IMG/VR virus record: IMGVR_UViG_3300015608_002982
Location: 1-64,000 of that record
From: a virus
Lineage: Duplodnaviria; Caudoviricetes
Reading direction: 5' to 3' (one strand)
Length of the DNA stretch: 64,000 nt
Of this stretch, positions 45,124 through 52,227 are shown piece after piece (the stretch's first letter is position 1; every line of letters starts with the position of its first letter). The notes beneath the pieces are model-generated. The model was given only the letters and a program-made list of their open reading frames with translations. It did no database searches and was not told where the DNA came from. The position numbers and the translations under genes were made by a program.

Positions 45124-45693
45124 GTGGATAAGTTCTCAAAATTAAAACCGAAATCAGAGTTTGAACAAGATAAAGAAAAAGTACTTTACCAAGACAATCA
45201 TTTTCAAATAGTTCAGTTTGAGGACTGGTCAATTCTAAAAGAAAGAGACGCTGTTGTTTGTATTCCTTATTTGATTGAAACTAATCAAGTAGTTTTAAGA
45301 TATGAATATATTCCTACGTTTAAGTATGCTGATGGTCAAGAATATCATCTAACTTTAGTTTGTGGTGGTATTGAACAGGGTGAAACCGTTGAGAAGGCTT
45401 TGAGAAGAGAGCTTGAAGAAGAAGCGGGTATTGTTTTAAGAGAAGACTTTCAATTTGAAGAAGTTTTAAAGCCACTTTTTATTAATAAAGCATCGGCTAA
45501 TAAATATTATCCTTATATCTTACCTCTTAATGAAAGAGACTATCACGAGGTAGTTGCTAAAGGTGACGGTTCTAAAGAAGAGCAAATGTCTAAATCTGTT
45601 AAGGTTGATGCTAAATATATTAGCTCGTTAAATGCTTCCGATTTGATAACAGACTATATGTTGTTAAAGTTGAAAGAGTATTTGAATGCTTAA
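45124..45693 (+). CDS. NUDIX hydrolase (GTG start)
   Basis: CGGIEQGETVEKALRRELEEEAG. Confidence 0.9.
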   Translation: MDKFSKLKPKSEFEQDKEKVLYQDNHFQIVQFEDWSILKERDAVVCIPYLIETNQVVLRYEYIPTFKYADGQEYHLTLVCGGIEQGETVEKALRRELEEEAGIVLREDFQFEEVLKPLFINKASANKYYPYILPLNERDYHEVVAKGDGSKEEQMSKSVKVDAKYISSLNASDLITDYMLLKLKEYLNA

Positions 45694-47027
45694 TTTTTTA
45701 AGTATCTTTCTAAATCTCCTTTTATTTCTCTATTAAGTGCTTTTGAATCTACATCACCGTAGTCTGAGAAATTTGGATCCATTCTATAAGTGAAGTATTG
45801 TTCTCCACACCATTGTTTGAATATATCAACTAAGCTATTACCTTTTAATCTTTCAGCATCTTCATTATCTATCCAATCATTGTTGTAAGGAATAGTATAA
45901 AATGTATCAATATCTTGATACTCTTTTCTTGTTTGAGTACCGTCAGCATTTTTTTGAGTGTAGTATTTAGTAACCTCTCTCTTTTCCTTTGTGAATGTAA
46001 ATTCTTTTTCAACGATTTCATCAAATTCATCAAGAATTGATTGATAGTTTGCATCAACGTGAGCATTCATTTCCCAATCACCAATAGTTTGTTTAACCTC
46101 TTGACAGATTTCAGAATCTTTACACATTGATTTTAAAGTTTCATAGAATCTCTCTTTTAGTAAAAACTCAATAGCTTCTTCTTCAGACATACCGGCTATG
46201 TTATCATTCTCAATTTGCTCTAAGCCACCCATTTCTTTAATCATAGCTTTAACTAATAATTGAGCATTCTCTTTATCTAATGTATATTGAAACATTGATA
46301 CAGTATCTGGTTGATAGTCAGATCCGTAATAGTTATCATACATATTTTCTTCACCTTTTACTAAAATATCTTTATAACTGGAATCTCTTGATAACATAAT
46401 ATCAGACATATCTTCTATATCTAATTCGACATAAACTTTGTCTTCTTTTATAATAGCATCTGACCAATTGTAATATTCAACAAGATCTTTTTCTTTGAAT
46501 GTAACTGTTTCTTTACATTTAGCAAAAATAGCAATATAATCACCATTTGCTTCTAATAATTCAGGTTCTGATGAATTCCAATTATCTGTATAGAAAAAAC
46601 CACCTTTAATTTCTATTTCATCTACATCTCCAAGATTACCATCTTGGTCATGTATTGATATTTCTACATTAGCTTCTTCTTGTATAATTGAACAAGCAAA
46701 TTGAAATGTAGAAGTAACATCAGTGTCTTTAATCTTACGACCGTATGCTTTGTGAATAGATATCCAGTAGGCAGGTATAACCTCATCACCTGATTTAACC
46801 TTTTCCGTAAAAACATCTTTTTCGGTTTCTACCCATTCACCATTCTTATAAGCACCTTTTTTAACTTTTTCTGAAAAGCCGAATTCTACTGAAACATAAT
46901 ATCCAGCATCTGTTATCTCTAACATATATTCTTCAATATCTTGTTCAGTGAGTTTCCATAACTTACCTTCCTCAATATCTTCTTTGAGTGATTCTTTAAT
47001 AAAGTGGATATACCTTTTAAGTTTCAT
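45690..47027 (-). CDS. Acidic CTS-bearing protein
   Basis: MKLKRYIHFIKES. Confidence 0.6.
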   Translation of the reverse strand: MKLKRYIHFIKESLKEDIEEGKLWKLTEQDIEEYMLEITDAGYYVSVEFGFSEKVKKGAYKNGEWVETEKDVFTEKVKSGDEVIPAYWISIHKAYGRKIKDTDVTSTFQFACSIIQEEANVEISIHDQDGNLGDVDEIEIKGGFFYTDNWNSSEPELLEANGDYIAIFAKCKETVTFKEKDLVEYYNWSDAIIKEDKVYVELDIEDMSDIMLSRDSSYKDILVKGEENMYDNYYGSDYQPDTVSMFQYTLDKENAQLLVKAMIKEMGGLEQIENDNIAGMSEEEAIEFLLKERFYETLKSMCKDSEICQEVKQTIGDWEMNAHVDANYQSILDEFDEIVEKEFTFTKEKREVTKYYTQKNADGTQTRKEYQDIDTFYTIPYNNDWIDNEDAERLKGNSLVDIFKQWCGEQYFTYRMDPNFSDYGDVDSKALNREIKGDLERYLKN

Positions 47028-47040
47028 TAGTGTATATATA

Positions 47041-47070
47041 AAAAAAGAGAGACCATTTTAGTCTCTCTTC
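47041..47070 (-). terminator. Intrinsic terminator
   Basis: Minus strand AAGAGAGAC-TAAAATG-GTCTCTCTT followed by a T run. Confidence 0.85.
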
Positions 47071-48146
47071 TTAGCTGTTCGTTTATTTGTTTTAGATTTT
47101 AGATAGTAGTTCTGCTTTCTTTTCTGAGAACTCTTCATCTGTTAAGATACCAGCTGAATGTAAGTCTGCTAATTTTTTAATTAGTTCGATTACATCTTCT
47201 GCTTCTTTCTTAAACTTAATTTCACCAGTTTTTTTATTGAATACTTCTTTTACTTCTGCTGGTTTTCTACTTTCTGGTAAGATTTGAATAATAGTAGAAG
47301 CAATATAATGTTTCTCAAAATCCATATCTACTTCAGTAAATTTTTGTTTTGATACTTCACCTTTTTCAACTCTACCTGTTTCAATCGAATTGATAGGTGT
47401 CATATTACTTGAAAGTGATCCACCAATGTTTAGATTTGATAAATCAACACTACTACTGTAACTACAATTTACAGCATTATTACTTGAGTAATAAGCATTT
47501 GTAGTTGTTGTTCCACCGATTAATCCAGAACCATTTGTAGTTACACAATTACCACCAATTGTAGGTGATGATGTACCAAACCAAACACTTGGTCTATAGT
47601 AAGGATAAACAGGGTAAGTTGGGTAATAAACAGGATACCACTTTTCAACAATTACTCTATCGAATTTAGACTTCCAGTTATCTAAAGTGATAACATCTTC
47701 TTTATAAAAGAAAACTTCTAAAAGACCATTGTTCTGAGTAGCATCTAATGATTCGCCAGAGTTTTCAATTTCGTAAGTTGAAAATTTGAATTTTTTTCTA
47801 TCATCAATAAAGCAGTCTAAATAAACCCTTTGTCCTGGTTTTACTACTAATCCTGTTTTTGAGATTGATTGACCGTTTAATTTAATATCAGCGAGAACTG
47901 AAACGGTTAGTGGGTTGAATAATTCGATTTCGAATTCGTCTCCATCATTTAAGAAGACTTTCCCATTTTTAATTGATTTTCTCCCTCTGTCGTTAGGAGA
48001 TACAATCCAAGCATTTGGCTTGGAATTGCTACTTGCAATTTGTTTTGCCATAGTTATTCTTTTTTATTTTATCCTATATCTTTGATTCATTTCTAAATCT
48101 CAATGGCATCCTATTGATACCCGACATAAGTGTAGCGAACAGCTAA
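47071..48146 (-). repeat. 11-bp perfect inverted repeat bracketing the transcription unit
   Basis: TTAGCTGTTCG at 47071-47081 and CGAACAGCTAA at 48136-48146. Confidence 0.75.
47092..48051 (-). CDS. Hypothetical protein with C-terminal SHOCT domain
   Basis: IKKLADLHSAGILTDEEFSEKKAELL; beta-rich N-domain; Y/P-rich and low-complexity linker. Confidence 0.7.
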   Translation of the reverse strand: MAKQIASSNSKPNAWIVSPNDRGRKSIKNGKVFLNDGDEFEIELFNPLTVSVLADIKLNGQSISKTGLVVKPGQRVYLDCFIDDRKKFKFSTYEIENSGESLDATQNNGLLEVFFYKEDVITLDNWKSKFDRVIVEKWYPVYYPTYPVYPYYRPSVWFGTSSPTIGGNCVTTNGSGLIGGTTTTNAYYSSNNAVNCSYSSSVDLSNLNIGGSLSSNMTPINSIETGRVEKGEVSKQKFTEVDMDFEKHYIASTIIQILPESRKPAEVKEVFNKKTGEIKFKKEAEDVIELIKKLADLHSAGILTDEEFSEKKAELLSKI

Positions 48147-48164
48147 ATTATATATTGAAAAGTT

Positions 48165-48704
48165 TTACGCCTGTTTTAAATTTGTTCCACAGTTTGGACA
48201 GAATTTAAATCCTTTGTTTTCGGTTCCACAGTTAAAACAGAATTTGAAATTGTTATTGACTACAATATTTTTCTCAACTACTTCTGTTTTTTTCATGTGT
48301 ATTATATTTTTATTTAAGTATATTTTATTGGCTCTTCCTAATATGTCAATTACTGGGTTTCTATGAACTTCAAATGTCCAAGGACTTCTAATCCATCTTG
48401 TAAATACTTTGGTCTTTTTTTCCATCTCGTCTTTATCGTCTGCTTGAATTATAGAAACGATTTCCTTGATATTTTTACTTTCTAATAATCCATCTTTTTC
48501 GGTTAGAACTTCAAACACTTTACCCATTGTTTGATATATTTCTTTGGCATTTGGTTTATTACTATCAGACATCAATATTAGGTCTAAGAACCAGATATTT
48601 GAATCTTCTGCCGTTTCAGTCATTAATATCTTATAAGCCACTCCTGATTCAGATCTGAGTGTTATTTGATTCCATTCTAATTCTCTTTCTATTGAATATG
48701 ACAT
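48165..48704 (-). CDS. Protein with C-terminal double zinc ribbon
   Basis: KFCFNCG..KFCPNCGTNL. Confidence 0.65.
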   Translation of the reverse strand: MSYSIERELEWNQITLRSESGVAYKILMTETAEDSNIWFLDLILMSDSNKPNAKEIYQTMGKVFEVLTEKDGLLESKNIKEIVSIIQADDKDEMEKKTKVFTRWIRSPWTFEVHRNPVIDILGRANKIYLNKNIIHMKKTEVVEKNIVVNNNFKFCFNCGTENKGFKFCPNCGTNLKQA

Positions 48705-48722
48705 AATTTATATATTGAAAAG

Positions 48723-48754
48723 TTTGTTTTTTGTTAAAAAATGTCTTATATTTG
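48723..48754 (+). promoter_or_regulatory. Bacteroidota sigma-A-type promoter
   Basis: TTTG - 20 nt - TATATTTG. Confidence 0.75.
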
Positions 48755-48779
48755 TGTATTATAAATAAATTATACCAAA

Positions 48780-49985
48780 GTGGATAGACAAGAAAACCTT
48801 ATTTTAGAAACCTTTTTACGATTAACAAGTCGTACATATCCTTATGGTACTGAGGATGATTTGGTGCAGTCTATGATTGAGCAAGGTGTTTTTCCATCTG
48901 ATTTGCAGAAGGATGAACATGGAAACTATTTTTATAAAATTGGAAACTCAAGAACTATATTCGCCTCTCACTTAGATACTGTTAGCAAAGAATCAACGGA
49001 AGTTATACATACCTTTGAAGATTATATTATTGGTACAGATGGAAAGACTACATTAGGCGCAGATGATAAAGCCGGTGTTACTGTACTTCTTCATTTAATG
49101 AAACATAATGTTCCAGGTCTTTATTATTTTTTCATTGGTGAAGAGGTTGGATGTATTGGTTCTGGCTTAGCATCTTCTAAGTCTATTTCTCAATTCAAAG
49201 GAAAATATGACAGGATTATTTCTTTTGACCGCAGAGGTACAGACTCTGTTATTACTTACCAATCATCAACAAGATGTTGTTCAGATGAATTTGCTGATTC
49301 TTTGGCAAAACAATTGAATATTTCTGGAATGTCTTACAAAAAAGACGACGGTGGTGTTTATACAGACTCTGCTGAATTTACTGATATTATTCCTGAATGT
49401 ACTAACATTTCTGTTGGTTATTATAAAGAACACACTGTAAATGAAATTCAAGATATTAAACATCTTGAGTTATTGTCAAATGCTTGTCTTTTAGTTGATT
49501 GGGAAAATCTTCCAACTAAGAGAGATATGACTAAAAAAGAATACAAGGCTTACAAATCTTGGGGTAGCTCATACGGTAACTATGGAAACTACGGTGGTTC
49601 ATACACTGGTAGAAACTGGAGAAGTAGAGACTATGGATATCATGACGATTGGTATGACCAGTCAACTGTTTCAAATTTCAAAACTAATGATGGTTTAGAA
49701 GATTGGGAAGTTGAATACAGTAAGTATAAAAAATCTCGTAGAAGTAACAAGAAAAAGGGTAGAGAGTTTTTTGATGCTGGAGGTGGTAATTTAGTTCCGT
49801 TCAAGAACTCTAGTAAAGTTACTATTAATCATGATAGAAACTATTATGATAGTCTTATTGATAAAATTGTTAAAGAAGATTTAACAAGAGAAGAATTAGA
49901 GATTATAAAAGACCAGTATCTTGATATGAGTACAGAAAGTGATAGAGCTTTCTATCAGTACCTATTGGGAAATATTATCGACTAA
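48780..49985 (+). CDS. M28/M20-family zinc peptidase-like protein (GTG start) with low-complexity tail
   Basis: SHLDTV, LGADDKAG, GEEVG, SFDRRG, ECTNISVGY..EH. Confidence 0.8.
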   Translation: MDRQENLILETFLRLTSRTYPYGTEDDLVQSMIEQGVFPSDLQKDEHGNYFYKIGNSRTIFASHLDTVSKESTEVIHTFEDYIIGTDGKTTLGADDKAGVTVLLHLMKHNVPGLYYFFIGEEVGCIGSGLASSKSISQFKGKYDRIISFDRRGTDSVITYQSSTRCCSDEFADSLAKQLNISGMSYKKDDGGVYTDSAEFTDIIPECTNISVGYYKEHTVNEIQDIKHLELLSNACLLVDWENLPTKRDMTKKEYKAYKSWGSSYGNYGNYGGSYTGRNWRSRDYGYHDDWYDQSTVSNFKTNDGLEDWEVEYSKYKKSRRSNKKKGREFFDAGGGNLVPFKNSSKVTINHDRNYYDSLIDKIVKEDLTREELEIIKDQYLDMSTESDRAFYQYLLGNIID

Positions 49986-51207
49986 AATCAATAATATCTG
50001 AGGATTTTATGATTTCATCAGGAGCATTAAAAATTTTAGAATTTGGTACATTATGACTAACTTTGTAACTCCTTCCAATCTTATCTATTATTACAACTTC
50101 ACATATCATATCATTATACCAATATTCTATAAGAACTCTATCTCCTATTTTATAAAACTCGTTTCTCTCAATTAAATATTTTAACTTTTCATTTTCATTT
50201 TTCTCTTCTATGACTTTCATATGTGAAGTAAATTCTTTTAATAAGCCCAAATAGTGTAATTTATTATAAATATTTTTTTGTTCTTTAATAAACTTTGAAT
50301 AATCATTATACTTTAGACAGATATTTTTGATTTTATCAATATCAAATAGATTTTTAAAAACATTTTCTTTTTTTATTTTAAATTTGTCTATATCTTCTTT
50401 TGTAATTTTTGTATTTAAGTAAAAATTCATATCATCAAGGCTTTGTTTAATTTGATTTTTTATATTAATAATATATGATTCGAATCCCCTTCTTGTTAAA
50501 TTTGTTTCTCTTATTGTTATTAATTTTATATTTTTAGCTTTACAAATATTATCCTTTATAGATGATATATCATGATAGTATGAACCATCATACTCAATTC
50601 CCATATTATAATTTTTAAAATAAATATCAATTTCATATGGTCTAATTGCTTCTCTGTCATTATAATTAAAGTCTCTATTGAATATTTTAACAATTTCTGA
50701 TAATATCAACTGGGGTGTGCTATAAGATATATTCATCATATGTTTGCTAACATCCTTGATTTTACCATTTTTATATAACCAAGCATATAGATTGGGATCA
50801 GCTAATCTTAATTCCGATTTTGTTATATACTTTAAACATTCCTTTTCAATATATTCTTTATTATATTTTCTATCTCTTTTAATATCTAACCTACCAAACA
50901 TAGATACAATCGAATCTATACTTCTATTTAGTGATACTGAAAGTTCTTTATTATCTAAAGTATTTATATTATCTACTAAAAAGTTAATATCATCTTTAGT
51001 CCATGTTTTTTCTTTCCATCTTTTATTAATTACTCTATCTTTATTTATTTGACTGATATAATCACTATTTTTTTTAAGATTTAATTTCAATGACTTAGAA
51101 TTAATTGATAATAGGCTTTTATTCAAATAATTAGATATTTCTTTATTTGACATCTTACTGTGGTTTTTTATTAAAAAATCAACTTCTTCTTTTGTCCATT
51201 TATTCAT
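49975..51207 (-). CDS. PD-(D/E)XK homing endonuclease with Myb-like repeats, fused to a C-terminal SH3-like domain
   Basis: KWTKEE/TWTKDD; EIDIYF..GIEYDGSYYH; tail IGDRVLIEYW. Confidence 0.65.
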   Translation of the reverse strand: MNKWTKEEVDFLIKNHSKMSNKEISNYLNKSLLSINSKSLKLNLKKNSDYISQINKDRVINKRWKEKTWTKDDINFLVDNINTLDNKELSVSLNRSIDSIVSMFGRLDIKRDRKYNKEYIEKECLKYITKSELRLADPNLYAWLYKNGKIKDVSKHMMNISYSTPQLILSEIVKIFNRDFNYNDREAIRPYEIDIYFKNYNMGIEYDGSYYHDISSIKDNICKAKNIKLITIRETNLTRRGFESYIINIKNQIKQSLDDMNFYLNTKITKEDIDKFKIKKENVFKNLFDIDKIKNICLKYNDYSKFIKEQKNIYNKLHYLGLLKEFTSHMKVIEEKNENEKLKYLIERNEFYKIGDRVLIEYWYNDMICEVVIIDKIGRSYKVSHNVPNSKIFNAPDEIIKSSDIIDFSR

Positions 51208-51246
51208 TTTTTCTTATATTTGTATTTATATACTATATATTAAAAT

Positions 51247-52194
51247 ATGTCAATGCTTATTTTCAATGATGATATGATTAACTTTTTGAACTTTGCTCAA
51301 AAAGAATCAATTATTGCAGCACTTCTACTTCAAGGCAATGAGTCACATCTTTTAGATGAAGGTAACTATATTAAGATAGAGCCAACCGAAGTTGATGTTA
51401 TATCTTTTTTACCTAAATCCAAGTATGATAAAGTAGAAAATCCCTGGGAGAATGGTCGTGTTAAAATTAAAATAGGAAGATTTGTTAAAAAGTTTTTAAC
51501 TGAGTTTTCAGTTAAAAATTTCAGTGTAGATGATAAACTAATTGAGAAGTTTGTAAATATCTATAAGTCTTACTTTTCAAGAGACACATCTAAACTAAAA
51601 ATTGTTGAGGGTGATGATATTCTAAAATACTACTTAGAGTATAACTATCATACTTCTAATGGTAATAGAAATGGTTCACTTTGGAACTCTTGTATGAGAC
51701 AGAGTGAGAGAAATAAGTTTATGAGACTTTATTCAGAAAATCCTGATAAAGTTAAAATGCTTGTTTTCTTTTCAGATGAAGGTAAAGTTAGAGCAAGAGC
51801 ACTACTTTGGTATGGTGTCAAGGATCACAAAAATCCTGATGCTGAGTATAAGTTTATGGATAGAATTTATTTCTACTATGATCATGATGTTAACTTTTTT
51901 AAGGATTGGGCTAAAGAAAATGGTTACTTAACTAAGATGGAACAAAGTGCAAAAAGTCAAATTTACTTTATTGAGAATGGAGTTGTTGTCGCTAAGAACC
52001 TTTATGTAATTTTAGATAAGGTTGATTTTTCTTACTACCCTTATTTAGATACTTTTAAGTTTTTTAACTATAATAGATCAAGATTTTCTAATTCTGACTC
52101 TTACAACTTTGACTATATTTTGGTTCAAAGTAATGGAATGACAGAAAGAGAACCTGAGCCAGAACCAGAAGAGTTCTATGATGAAGAAGATTAA
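51247..52194 (+). CDS. Conserved phage protein of the NSCM / MDRIY type (often near amidoligase modules)
   Basis: KIGRFV, LWNSCMR, RARALLW, FMDRIY, YPYLDTF; TATATTTG at 51216. Confidence 0.5.
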   Translation: MSMLIFNDDMINFLNFAQKESIIAALLLQGNESHLLDEGNYIKIEPTEVDVISFLPKSKYDKVENPWENGRVKIKIGRFVKKFLTEFSVKNFSVDDKLIEKFVNIYKSYFSRDTSKLKIVEGDDILKYYLEYNYHTSNGNRNGSLWNSCMRQSERNKFMRLYSENPDKVKMLVFFSDEGKVRARALLWYGVKDHKNPDAEYKFMDRIYFYYDHDVNFFKDWAKENGYLTKMEQSAKSQIYFIENGVVVAKNLYVILDKVDFSYYPYLDTFKFFNYNRSRFSNSDSYNFDYILVQSNGMTEREPEPEPEEFYDEED

Positions 52195-52196
52195 AT

Positions 52197-52225
52197 AAAA
52201 AAACCCACTTAATTGTGGGTTTTTT
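52197..52225. terminator. Bidirectional intrinsic terminator
   Basis: AAAAAAACCCAC-TTAATT-GTGGGTTTTTT. Confidence 0.9.
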
Positions 52226-52227
52226 AT

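Noticed and set aside
47071-48146. Retron or IS element interpretation of the 11-bp inverted repeat
   Set aside because: No reverse transcriptase or transposase in the window and no target-site duplication; kept only as an RNA-structure finding
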